Below are positions 9,555 through 18,928 of a stretch of 64,000 nucleotides of DNA, piece after piece. The stretch covers positions 1 to 64,000 of IMG/VR virus record IMGVR_UViG_3300032038_000020, one strand, 5' to 3'. The notes under the pieces were generated by a model, which worked only from the letters and a program-made list of their open reading frames with translations, made no database searches and was not told the DNA's origin. How positions within the stretch are numbered: position 1 is the stretch's first letter; the number at the start of each line of letters is the position of its first letter. This DNA comes from an uncultured virus (IMG/VR IMGVR_UViG_3300032038_000020). Lineage: Duplodnaviria; Heunggongvirae; Uroviricota; Caudoviricetes. The position numbers and the translations under genes are program-made.

Positions 9555-10053
9555 AGATATAATCCCTTTACTCAAGACATGTAAGGGTAAAGAGAACGAA
9601 GAGGTAAACTTCTTTATTAGTACATACGAAAGAATGTACGGAGAAGACCTTTGTACTAACACGTTAAGCGGACTACCTATAGCAAATGAAGAGACTCTTA
9701 GCTATTTCAACGAAAGTGAAGTAGCTGCTATAGATTCAGACGAAAAACACATGATTACTATATACATCAAAGAGAATGAAGAACAGCTTAATGCCAACTT
9801 CGTAGGAAGACCATTATCTGACTTCATAGACTTTATGCAATGTATATCTGGTAGTGTGTACTATCATTATGACTTTGAAGTATATAACGATAGTATGCTT
9901 CATACTAGATCATATGTGAGAGTAGATCATGCTTATGATGAAGCTCTATCAGAAGTCAAGCCAGATAAAATCAATGCTTTCTTAGAGCATAGTGTAATAA
10001 CCCATATATCTGAAGAGTCTCAATCGTATCAGCTTTACATAACCGTAAAGTGA
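9544..10053 (+). CDS. hypothetical protein
   Basis: 169-aa ORF with AAAGGAGG SD. Confidence 0.75.
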   Translation: MKVKDIIPLLKTCKGKENEEVNFFISTYERMYGEDLCTNTLSGLPIANEETLSYFNESEVAAIDSDEKHMITIYIKENEEQLNANFVGRPLSDFIDFMQCISGSVYYHYDFEVYNDSMLHTRSYVRVDHAYDEALSEVKPDKINAFLEHSVITHISEESQSYQLYITVK

Positions 10054-10062
10054 TAAGGAGGA

Positions 10063-10764
10063 ATGACAATGGACAACAAAGCTCACCAGCAGAAGATTAC
10101 AAACATGGTCATTGATGCTAAGTGTATTCTTGACTATGACCTCACGATCATGAAGATCTTCCAGTTCAACTACAACCATCCAGACTATGTGGATCAGGAA
10201 GTTATGCATTATTCTCTTGGACAGCTTAAGAACGCTCTTGTAAAGCGCAAGGATGCTAATCCTCTGACTATATGTATCCCTGAGACAGCTATGGATAGAG
10301 CAAACATTGAACAGATTCTTGAAGACATCTATAAGAACAATGAGTATGATATCTTCAAGTATATCACTGTTACTGGAACTAGTAAGCTCATCTACATGAT
10401 GCAGAATCATAGTTCTTTCGATGTAACTGTGGTGTGTAAAGATGAAACCGAGAAGGGTCTTATAGAAGGACGTACCAAGTCTTTCAAGACTGTAATCGGA
10501 TACGACTCTATCGATCCCAAAAACTTCAATGGATTCATGTTCAAGGATATCAGAGATGTCTTTGCTCTCCCATATAAACTTGAGAAGAAGACTCTCTTCT
10601 TCCAGAACTATGAATTCAATATCACTCGTGATACTGATGGAACACCGTTTCCCAATGCAGAGTATGCGGTAGCATTAATGCGAGAAGGAAACTACCCAAT
10701 ACTTGTAGAAGTGTATGATCATACTACACTCGAATCTCTTTCTAAACAGCAAACAAGTCAATAA
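10063..10764 (+). CDS. hypothetical protein, possibly a degenerate HAD-like fold
   Basis: N-terminal VIDAKCILDYD loosely resembles HAD motif I; AAGGAGG SD. Confidence 0.4.
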   Translation: MTMDNKAHQQKITNMVIDAKCILDYDLTIMKIFQFNYNHPDYVDQEVMHYSLGQLKNALVKRKDANPLTICIPETAMDRANIEQILEDIYKNNEYDIFKYITVTGTSKLIYMMQNHSSFDVTVVCKDETEKGLIEGRTKSFKTVIGYDSIDPKNFNGFMFKDIRDVFALPYKLEKKTLFFQNYEFNITRDTDGTPFPNAEYAVALMREGNYPILVEVYDHTTLESLSKQQTSQ

Positions 10765-10786
10765 TCAATCAAAAGGAGGAAATGCT

Positions 10787-12520
10787 ATGATAAGCAGCAA
10801 TATAGTTGAAAAGGATACTCTTAGAAGAGTTCAGCTCGAAACACTTGAAGCTCTTCACAGATACCTTTCACAGTCATTCGGACCATACGGTTCAAACACC
10901 ATCCAGTATAAGAAAGAGGGTTATCCTCGTTACACTAAGGACGGTCACACAATTCTTAAGTCAATCATGTTCTGCGGCGAGATCGAGCAGGCAGTACTTG
11001 CAGACATCGAAGAAGAGACAAGAGCACAGGCTAAGAGAGTCGGTGACTCTACAACCTCTGTTACTATTCTCTCATATCTTATATTCAAGAAGCTTACTGA
11101 GAGAATCGAAAGTCAGTTCACAAAGACACCTCCTGCAGACATTGTAAGAGCTCTCAAGGAAGTTGTAGATGCAGCATCTACAATCATCAAGGCTCACGGC
11201 AGAGAAGTTACTCTTGACGATATCCGTAAGATCTCACTCATCTCTACAAACAATGACGAGAAGCTTGCAGAAGAGATCGTTAACGTTCATAAGGATCTCG
11301 GTCTTAACGCATACATCGACGTTATGGCTGGTTCTGGAGAAGAGTTCGTTCGTAAGACATACGACGGCATGTTCTTCGACTGTGGTTACCACGATGCATG
11401 TTTCATCAACATGCCTGAAAAGTCTGTAAACAGACTTGAGAATCCTCGTATCTACTACTTCGAAGATCCTATTGACACTGTAAACTACGGCGAGCTGTTC
11501 GATACAATCATTGCTCACAACATCATCAATCCGATCAATGAGATGAACAGCAATCGTCCTAACAACAATGAGATTCCTCAGATCATTCCTACAGTCATCA
11601 TAGCTCCTAAGATCGTAAGAGACTATGCTCGTACTCTCGAGGTTGTAATGAACTACTGTGCTAAGTTCACTCAGGCTAATCTCCCTAACACTATCCCGCT
11701 CAACATCATCACTGGTGTTACGGATACTGATAAGGTGTACCTGAAGAACATACTCAATCTCTGCGGAGTTCCTACTATCAACAAGTATGACGACGCTAAG
11801 GCTGAAGCAAGAGACCAGAAAAACGGCACTGCTCCTTCAATCAAGAATGTATGGGAGTGGTACGGTACTGCAGGTTGCGTAGAGTCTGGTGCATTCTCTA
11901 CAAAGCTTATCGATCCTAAGAACTACAAGAATGAAGATGGTACATATACAGACGTCTTCAATGCAGTTCTGAATGATCTCGATGCTCGTATCGCTGAGCT
12001 TGAAAAGCAGCACAACGAAACTCTCAAGATCTACCAGTACAAGAAGCAGAAAAACTCACTTCTCGGTAACATGGTAGAACTCTATGTAGGCGGTATCACT
12101 ATCGCTGACAGAGATCAGGTAAGAGACCTTGTTGAAGATGCTGTTCTCAACTGTCGTTCAGCAGTAAATGAAGGCGTTGGCTACGGTGCTAACTTCGAAG
12201 GACTCAGAGCATTCAAGGCTCTCATGGATGTATCACTCGGCGATGGCTCTCTCAAGGAAGAAATCGTTAAGTGCTTCTATGAAGCATACAAAGAAATCTC
12301 TGAGCTTCTCTACAGATATATGGATGATCCTGAGGGTAAGGTTGCACTTTCTCTCGCACAGGATTGTCCGTTCGATGTAAGAACTGGTGAGAAGGGTGAG
12401 AACGTTCTCTCCTCTATCGATACTGATATTTGTGTACTCAACAGTATCTCAAAGATCATCTCACTGATGGTTACTGCTAACCAGTTCCAGATGTCTAATC
12501 TCAATATCAACAAGTATTGA
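10787..12520 (+). CDS. groEL: phage chaperonin (GroEL/Cpn60-like)
   Basis: SFGPYG, TKDGHTIL, VGDSTTS, LYVGG, VEDAV..CRSA..EGVGYG motifs. Confidence 0.92.
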   Translation: MISSNIVEKDTLRRVQLETLEALHRYLSQSFGPYGSNTIQYKKEGYPRYTKDGHTILKSIMFCGEIEQAVLADIEEETRAQAKRVGDSTTSVTILSYLIFKKLTERIESQFTKTPPADIVRALKEVVDAASTIIKAHGREVTLDDIRKISLISTNNDEKLAEEIVNVHKDLGLNAYIDVMAGSGEEFVRKTYDGMFFDCGYHDACFINMPEKSVNRLENPRIYYFEDPIDTVNYGELFDTIIAHNIINPINEMNSNRPNNNEIPQIIPTVIIAPKIVRDYARTLEVVMNYCAKFTQANLPNTIPLNIITGVTDTDKVYLKNILNLCGVPTINKYDDAKAEARDQKNGTAPSIKNVWEWYGTAGCVESGAFSTKLIDPKNYKNEDGTYTDVFNAVLNDLDARIAELEKQHNETLKIYQYKKQKNSLLGNMVELYVGGITIADRDQVRDLVEDAVLNCRSAVNEGVGYGANFEGLRAFKALMDVSLGDGSLKEEIVKCFYEAYKEISELLYRYMDDPEGKVALSLAQDCPFDVRTGEKGENVLSSIDTDICVLNSISKIISLMVTANQFQMSNLNINKY

Positions 12521-12636
12521 GTGGCATACTCCGACCCATAAGGTACTGATGAGTATAAACTAGGGTACCTGTTCAGATATCCCTCTCTCGGACATATGTG
12601 TGGGTATCGTTGGGGCTAGTGTCCTTTCAACACCAT
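12521..12636 (+). ncRNA. candidate structured RNA element between the chaperonin stop and its terminator
   Basis: Several stems seen by eye (ATACTC/GAGTAT, AGGG/CCCT, GTTG/CAAC) and a possible pseudoknot ACCCATA/TGTGGGT. Confidence 0.35.
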
Positions 12637-12640
12637 TCGA

Positions 12641-12680
12641 AGAGGTGGGTAGGGAGTTTATCTCCCTACCCATTCTCTCT
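12641..12680 (+). terminator. intrinsic terminator
   Basis: GGGTAGGGAG-TTTAT-CTCCCTACCC hairpin. Confidence 0.65.
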
Positions 12681-12738
12681 AATCAACTCTTACCGAACGT
12701 CTAACTTTACTATAACTGATTTAATGGAGGTGTACGAT

Positions 12739-13521
12739 ATGAGTAAACTGAGACTCACGTTTGACGAATACATTAAGAACCCTTCTGGTAAGGGATCATC
12801 AATTAACACTTCTAGAGATACAACTGCTCAGTTCTATCAGACTAAATACGATGCATTGGTAGCTAGAGATGGTCTGGTGAAATATGAAGTCTATAGAACT
12901 GCATCAGATGTGTACTACATACATTTCCATATCCCATCGAATTCTACTAAGGGATTCTTTTACGATACTGTAGTCGAACTCAACCCTAGCAACTCGACTA
13001 CCAAGGGAAACGTAAAGTCCTACTTCGTCAGATTTTATGCAAACGATCCCAACTTCAACTTCACTCATGCTCATGCTTACTATACACATGGTTTGATTAT
13101 ACCAGAGCTTGATAAGAAGCTCTCGTTGCAAGTAAAAACAAGCAAAGCTAACACCCGTAACCCAGATAATGCTGTAGGTTATGTACAGAGTATATATTTT
13201 GCTTATCTTACCATGCAAAAGGACAATCTGTTCGATAAAGGGATTCTTGATAGAAAGGCTTCTGTTGGAGGAGTTAGTAGATTCTCTAAGGATGTCCTTA
13301 CTTATAAAGACAAGGAAAAGGAAAGAACCAAGTTTATAGAAGACCAAAAACGAAAGGCAGCTCCTGCAGGAAAGGAGGAGCTTAAGCCTAAAGTGATTTC
13401 GTCAAGATTCATTGGTAATGGCCTCTCTCATATACCAGTAGTCTCAAAAATCACTAAGACTTCTAAGTCATCTTCCGCTATAAAGAATACTCGAACCTCT
13501 AAGACTACAAAGAGGAGATAG
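12739..13521 (+). CDS. hypothetical protein with a basic C-terminus
   Basis: GGAGGTG SD; late-type promoter at 12703-12714. Confidence 0.75.
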   Translation: MSKLRLTFDEYIKNPSGKGSSINTSRDTTAQFYQTKYDALVARDGLVKYEVYRTASDVYYIHFHIPSNSTKGFFYDTVVELNPSNSTTKGNVKSYFVRFYANDPNFNFTHAHAYYTHGLIIPELDKKLSLQVKTSKANTRNPDNAVGYVQSIYFAYLTMQKDNLFDKGILDRKASVGGVSRFSKDVLTYKDKEKERTKFIEDQKRKAAPAGKEELKPKVISSRFIGNGLSHIPVVSKITKTSKSSSAIKNTRTSKTTKRR

Positions 13522-13523
13522 AT

Positions 13524-13534
13524 TATATACTATA
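13524..13534 (+). promoter_or_regulatory. early-type promoter TATATACTATA
   Basis: Recurrent motif followed by a CCAGAGC/GCTCTGG hairpin and an SD. Confidence 0.55.
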
Positions 13535-13584
13535 GATGAGTCCAGAGCATCAACTATACCGCTCTGGTTAAGGAGGATATACAC

Positions 13585-15270
13585 ATGATACAGCCAACAA
13601 CAATCAACAACCCTTACGCCTACTATAACTTCTTACACCCGCAGAAGTATAATGTAGTAGGAATCGCCAATGATGAACAAGCAATCTATAATCTGTTCAC
13701 GTATTTCGAAGTCCCACATTGGGTATCTATCGATAACTGGCTACAAACAGATGATGACATGGTGTTCTATACAATTAAGAACGCTATAGTCATGCCAACG
13801 ATCTCTGAGTTCTTTGGAATGAACCCAGCAGATCCAAACACAATAAACGTTAATTCGTTTATGGTAACTCCTAAGAGGTGTTACAACGGTGACGATCTGC
13901 GTCAGCATATCTGTCACTATCTCAATTACTTCTGCAAGTTCTATGATCCTGATAAAGAGCTTGCTAGTCATTATGTGCGTATGAAGCACATGATTGACTT
14001 TGGACTCACCACACTTACTGGTGAGAGACATCCGTATAAAAAGGAAGAGTTTATACTCGACATCCGTCGTTATATTCTTGGATCTACTATGTGTGCTAAG
14101 GTAGCTAAGATGAACGAGGACAACTACTCGCTCAAGCTTAACTATAAGAACAACACAAACCAGGCTCTTCAGTATAATGATACGCATGGTAAGATATTCA
14201 TGGAGATTAGTGTGTTCATGAATATGCTTATCCCTCTCGTGAGTCACTTTGTGTATAAGTCTAAGATGACTTCGACACAAGAGATAGACGAACTCTTTCA
14301 GACTGTATATCAGTTTCTCTTTGATCGTTATATAAACACTGTAGATCTAAAGGCTAAGCTGTTTGAGACAGCCAACACGACGATCGCAAGAGATCAGAGA
14401 ACTAACAAGGATCTTTGGGACAAGAGTGAGATAAGAGGTATGGATATCTCTGTCAACTCTCTCGATGCTGTAGATACACTTGTACTTCAGGTAATGCCTA
14501 AGTACAAATATAACCAGAATATGGTTATGTATAACTTCACATCGATTAGAAATACTGCTATCCAGTATGCTGTTGGAATAGCATATGAGTATGATTTGGT
14601 TCCACTCTCTTCCTCTAAGAGAGATGGTGAAGACTCTACTTCTCAGTTTGATAAGTTTGAGGCTACACTTGGTAAGGCTGATGAAGCAAAGTTCCTACAT
14701 AACACTGCTGTCGCTTACACTGTTATGAGGAACATCGAAAGTCATTATGGTCCTTTCCCACAGGACATGATAGACTTTTACAAGATAGAACTCGGAAAAG
14801 GTGCTAAACCCGTCATTAACTCTTTCCAGTATAAACTTATAACAAACTTCTTCGGAAAGCTGTTTGGATCAGTACTTCCGATGAAGACTATTAATCTTGA
14901 TGAATACATCGAGCTTATGATATCCACCAAGAAGAATCTCGTAGCTCAGAACTTCTGTATTCTTCCTGAGATTATTGCTGGAAGAGTAGTAAAGCTTTCA
15001 ACAAGAACTGTTCTCAGTAAGAAGCATGAAGATATGCTTACTAGCAGTGAGCATTGGGCTCAGATAAGACACAAGTATATGGACAATCAGGTGATACTTT
15101 CTCGCATCAAAGCTGATTTCGCTGCGTTGATATCTTCTGATTTCCAGCTCATCCGTTATGATCCTACAACTGGAAAAGGGGACCAGTATAACGGTCAGCC
15201 AATAATAATCAACTCTTCTATATCCTACAGGATTGTAGAAGAATTCTTATTATACGAGCTTATGGTATAA
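13585..15270 (+). CDS. probable non-virion RNAP promoter-specificity subunit (AR9 gp226/phiKZ gp68-like)
   Basis: 561-aa helical protein with an early promoter, two genes from the chaperonin, mirroring the AR9 gp228 (chaperonin) and gp226 spacing; call rests on synteny and size, not on a motif. Confidence 0.5.
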   Translation: MIQPTTINNPYAYYNFLHPQKYNVVGIANDEQAIYNLFTYFEVPHWVSIDNWLQTDDDMVFYTIKNAIVMPTISEFFGMNPADPNTINVNSFMVTPKRCYNGDDLRQHICHYLNYFCKFYDPDKELASHYVRMKHMIDFGLTTLTGERHPYKKEEFILDIRRYILGSTMCAKVAKMNEDNYSLKLNYKNNTNQALQYNDTHGKIFMEISVFMNMLIPLVSHFVYKSKMTSTQEIDELFQTVYQFLFDRYINTVDLKAKLFETANTTIARDQRTNKDLWDKSEIRGMDISVNSLDAVDTLVLQVMPKYKYNQNMVMYNFTSIRNTAIQYAVGIAYEYDLVPLSSSKRDGEDSTSQFDKFEATLGKADEAKFLHNTAVAYTVMRNIESHYGPFPQDMIDFYKIELGKGAKPVINSFQYKLITNFFGKLFGSVLPMKTINLDEYIELMISTKKNLVAQNFCILPEIIAGRVVKLSTRTVLSKKHEDMLTSSEHWAQIRHKYMDNQVILSRIKADFAALISSDFQLIRYDPTTGKGDQYNGQPIIINSSISYRIVEEFLLYELMV

Positions 15271-15329
15271 CCACAAATCTGGACAGAGAGATCTTCTCTC
15301 TGTCCTCTATTATAAAAAGGAGGACTCAT

Positions 15330-16604
15330 ATGAGACCAAAGATAGGACAGGTCGTACTTATCGACCCAGAGGACAAACTCGAACTGAGAGATAAAGAATC
15401 TACCGTAGGAACTGTTATCAAGGTAGAACGTAACCAGAGCACACTGTTAATTTCTATAAACCCAGAGAAGAAGATAACAGTTCCCAACAAGTATCTCTAC
15501 AAGATAGAAATGGATGAGACTAATCCGCCATACGTTATAGTGGAGAGAACCCTTCCAAGAGTACGATTCACTCAGAACGACTTAAACAAGCTTGATACTG
15601 TAACAAAACTTATAGAGCACTTGTCTAATAGACTTGCAGAGTTTGTTCCCAGTAACGAGAAGAGCGAAATGCTCGATGTGTGTGCATTTGCTAAGAGTAA
15701 TATGCTCTACACTATGAGCAAGATCAATAGACTCATTTCTGGTGAACTGGAGACTGAAGCAAGGGATATGTTTATCAACAGATTCCACAAGTATGCTGAA
15801 GATGATGAAGAGCCAAGAGACATTAAACCTAATGACACACCAAACACAAAGCTTGTACCAGAAGAAGTCTCAGAGGATTTCGCAAGAGAAATCGTGAACA
15901 GATTCTGCAAGTCTGCTGAAGAGGAGGATATCGGTAAGTTTGACGAGGATACTGTGTTCAATAGCGATATACTCAAATGGACCAAAGAAGCTTCAAACGG
16001 AAACGATATGCTTACAAGGATCGTCATGGATCAGTTTAAGGCTAAGATACACTCTACTTCTATAGACGTCTTCAACAAACGTGAAACTATCGAACAGCTT
16101 TTCGATGAGAAGTGTGAAGAGCTTGTCGGTAAAGAGCACAATATGAGAGAATTGATATCTGCTATGGAAATCATATTCAAGAGCAGTACCAAGTCTATAA
16201 TCAACATCCCGATCCTTATTGTTATGGATCCTCTGGACCTTATAAAGACTCTTATCGAAAGACATCCTACGAAGATCATGACATACCAGGACCTCATAAG
16301 CTTTATCAGTGAAGTTGGATCAGTGGAGGAGATCCTTGATGCAGAGGGGCTTCATCTTCCTGATGTAGTGAAGAGCATAGCTGTACCAATCTTCCCGTTT
16401 AACGATGAGGTTACACCGACCTCTATCATAAGTATACTCAAGGACACTATAACAGCTATCTGTACAGAGGTGTCTGAGCATACAGATATCGAGATACTCG
16501 ACGATGATGAAATAGAAGATGTAGGACTTGACGATACGTTTATGCTACATCTTCCTATACAGATTACTACTATGGCAGTCAAGCCATTCGGAGGAGAAGA
16601 TTGA
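15330..16604 (+). CDS. hypothetical protein with an N-terminal SH3/KOW-like beta domain
   Basis: 424-aa ORF with AGGAGG SD; KIGQVVLI...GTVIKV pattern. Confidence 0.65.
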   Translation: MRPKIGQVVLIDPEDKLELRDKESTVGTVIKVERNQSTLLISINPEKKITVPNKYLYKIEMDETNPPYVIVERTLPRVRFTQNDLNKLDTVTKLIEHLSNRLAEFVPSNEKSEMLDVCAFAKSNMLYTMSKINRLISGELETEARDMFINRFHKYAEDDEEPRDIKPNDTPNTKLVPEEVSEDFAREIVNRFCKSAEEEDIGKFDEDTVFNSDILKWTKEASNGNDMLTRIVMDQFKAKIHSTSIDVFNKRETIEQLFDEKCEELVGKEHNMRELISAMEIIFKSSTKSIINIPILIVMDPLDLIKTLIERHPTKIMTYQDLISFISEVGSVEEILDAEGLHLPDVVKSIAVPIFPFNDEVTPTSIISILKDTITAICTEVSEHTDIEILDDDEIEDVGLDDTFMLHLPIQITTMAVKPFGGED

Positions 16605-16605
16605 A

Positions 16606-16842
16606 ATGAATGATTTAGCAAAGAGAATCTATGAAAACCAGGAAGAGTACAACAAACTCTTCCTCGAACTCACAAGTAAGTTCAAAGACGACAATAACAG
16701 TTCGCTATTCGAATCAACCCGTACGACAGAGATAGACAATCTCCTCAAGAGCATCAATGTGGTTCGTAACAACCTTGAAGTGCTTAAGGGAGTTGAAGCT
16801 TATCTGGAAGAACAAGAAAAGAGGATGTATAATCATGGATGA
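16606..16842 (+). CDS. small coiled-coil hypothetical protein
   Basis: ATG 16606 after GGAGGAG; overlaps the next start. Confidence 0.65.
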   Translation: MNDLAKRIYENQEEYNKLFLELTSKFKDDNNSSLFESTRTTEIDNLLKSINVVRNNLEVLKGVEAYLEEQEKRMYNHG

Positions 16843-17092
16843 TATCGAGAAGGAAATCCAGGATGGCTTTCTGAGAAACAAGCTTCGTAAAGCTCGAAAG
16901 GCTAAGGGTCTTACACAGCAAGAAGCCGCAAACCTTGCAGATATCTCCGCATCTACTGTCTCTTATATAGAGACTGGTAAGGGAGATTATATGGCATCTA
17001 GTCTTCTTAAATATGCAGATGCTCTTGGATATGAAGTATCTATACACAAGAAGGGCGGACCTATCGTAGATACTGAAGAACCAGAAGAGTAA
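16835..17092 (+). CDS. XRE-family helix-turn-helix regulator
   Basis: LRKARKAKGLTQQEAANLADISASTVSYIETGK...LLKYADALG. Confidence 0.88.
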   Translation: MDDIEKEIQDGFLRNKLRKARKAKGLTQQEAANLADISASTVSYIETGKGDYMASSLLKYADALGYEVSIHKKGGPIVDTEEPEE

Positions 17093-17153
17093 CGATACAA
17101 TAATCGGAGGAGTCTATCTCCTCCGATCCTTATTTTTAGAGAGGTGATAGATC

Positions 17154-17378
17154 ATGAGACACATCATAGTACCAGGAAACAAGGCTAACAGCAAAGTTAA
17201 GAAGTTTAAATGTGATATCTGTGGTTGTGAATGGCTTTCAGATGAGTATGAAGAAGATTGGACAATACATTCTATACCTGCATATGACAAATGTCCTACA
17301 TGCAATACCGAAATATTTGCTATAGGAACTTTCATTGATGGTAAAAAGCACTCTCATGTACGTAACAAGAAGAGGTGA
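17154..17378 (+). CDS. small zinc-ribbon protein
   Basis: CDICGC...CPTC; GAGGTG SD. Confidence 0.7.
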   Translation: MRHIIVPGNKANSKVKKFKCDICGCEWLSDEYEEDWTIHSIPAYDKCPTCNTEIFAIGTFIDGKKHSHVRNKKR

Positions 17379-17383
17379 GCTGA

Positions 17384-18433
17384 ATGACCAAAGAAGAACT
17401 CAAGGAATGGCTTCTTTATAATATGGAAGATGCTAAGCTTGCCTCTGGAGGTAAGCAAGTAGTATGTAGATGTCACAACTGTGACGATCACAGCAGACAT
17501 CTCTATATAGGCCCGTTCGATGATTCCGATAAACCTATTCAGTATCAGTGTAAGAGATGTCCTAGACCGTTCTATGGAGTGGTCAATAGGGACTTTCTTG
17601 AGAGATATAGGACTGCTACTGCAGTACCAGAGGACGTTAACGAGGTTAACAAAGGTACTAACAAACATCGAAAGAGTATCAATGGTACTTCTAATAGAAT
17701 CTATAATGTGAATAGGAGTTTCATTACAGACGCTCCACTCACCCAACAGAAACTAGCGCACATCAACCAAAGGTTAGGGTTATCTCTAACCTACCAAGAC
17801 TGTATCGATAACAAGATTATCTTGAATCTAGGGGATCTCTATAGAGGAAACCCATGGATTAAGAGTTTCACTCGGCATGAGAACATCGTACAACAGCTTG
17901 ATAAGTACTTCATAGGCTTCTTATCACGTTCAAATGCTTCTCTCAACATGAGAAACCTTGTGTATGAGAAGGGTGCAGTGTATGAAGGTATCGATAAGAA
18001 GTACGTAAACTACATTCTCTTCAACGAAGGAGTTGAAAATGACTACTATATACTCCCGACAAATGTCGATCCTCTTCAGCCTATAGGACTTCATATAGCA
18101 GAAGGTCCATTCGATGTATTGGGAATCAAGTATAATGTAGTAGGTCCTGATGTTCCTAACCAGATTTACATCGCTGGTAAGGGTAAAGCGTATGATAAGA
18201 TCGTAGAATTCATCATAACTAGGTATGGATTCATGAATCTTACTCTTAACTACTATCCAGATAAGGATGTAAAGGACTACGAGATGAATAGAGTGGTGAA
18301 TATCTTCAAACCATTCGGGTTTAAGCAGCTCGTATTTCGCAACACTTACGAAGGAGAGAAAGACTTTGGAGTACCGAAGAACAGAATCATATGTTCTAAG
18401 TACACCATAGGTCTAGGGAGAAACAGCTTCTAA
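17384..18433 (+). CDS. dnaG: DNA primase (zinc-binding domain plus TOPRIM)
   Basis: CHNCDD...CKRC zinc finger; TOPRIM motifs IAEGPFD and YPDKD. Confidence 0.8.
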   Translation: MTKEELKEWLLYNMEDAKLASGGKQVVCRCHNCDDHSRHLYIGPFDDSDKPIQYQCKRCPRPFYGVVNRDFLERYRTATAVPEDVNEVNKGTNKHRKSINGTSNRIYNVNRSFITDAPLTQQKLAHINQRLGLSLTYQDCIDNKIILNLGDLYRGNPWIKSFTRHENIVQQLDKYFIGFLSRSNASLNMRNLVYEKGAVYEGIDKKYVNYILFNEGVENDYYILPTNVDPLQPIGLHIAEGPFDVLGIKYNVVGPDVPNQIYIAGKGKAYDKIVEFIITRYGFMNLTLNYYPDKDVKDYEMNRVVNIFKPFGFKQLVFRNTYEGEKDFGVPKNRIICSKYTIGLGRNSF

Positions 18434-18485
18434 CGGCTGTTTCTTTTTTATACACATTACATCACTATAAACGGAGGAGATTGCA

Positions 18486-18908
18486 ATGCCACTGTATAAC
18501 AAGTATCGTCAAGTTACGGATTTAAGTGAGTTGAAAGAACCACTTATGACAATAAACCAGTTCCAGAGACCTATAGAGTTGGAAGGAACAGATGCACAAA
18601 TCTTGCTTATCGTGAGATTAATCTTATTAGATCCTGGTACTATACAGACACACCCTGATATGGGTGTAGGATTAATCTCTTTGTATAGATATACTGTAGA
18701 CGTAGACCTTGATAAACTCAGAAACAGGATACAGGCTCAGATATCTAAATACCTGCCAATGTTTACTACGGTACAGGTAAGAGTTGATCTCAATGTAAAC
18801 GAACACACTCTTTACATATACGTCGATTCAGACCAGCTTAATGCGCTCGTACCGTTTGATACAGAGAACTTGACTATTATCCAAGGTCTCGACAATATGA
18901 AAGTATAA
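18486..18908 (+). CDS. baseplate wedge protein, T4 gp25-like
   Basis: RLILLDPGT...HPDMGVGL...IQAQISKYLP pattern; late-type promoter at 18458-18469. Confidence 0.7.
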   Translation: MPLYNKYRQVTDLSELKEPLMTINQFQRPIELEGTDAQILLIVRLILLDPGTIQTHPDMGVGLISLYRYTVDVDLDKLRNRIQAQISKYLPMFTTVQVRVDLNVNEHTLYIYVDSDQLNALVPFDTENLTIIQGLDNMKV

Positions 18909-18928
18909 AAGTAAGGGAGGACACCACC

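Noticed and set aside
12546..12560. CTGATGAG hammerhead-like core
   Set aside because: No matching GAAA and stem II follow it
12560..12640. tRNA-like 3' end (CACCA) near TTCGA
   Set aside because: No acceptor stem, D arm or correctly placed T arm
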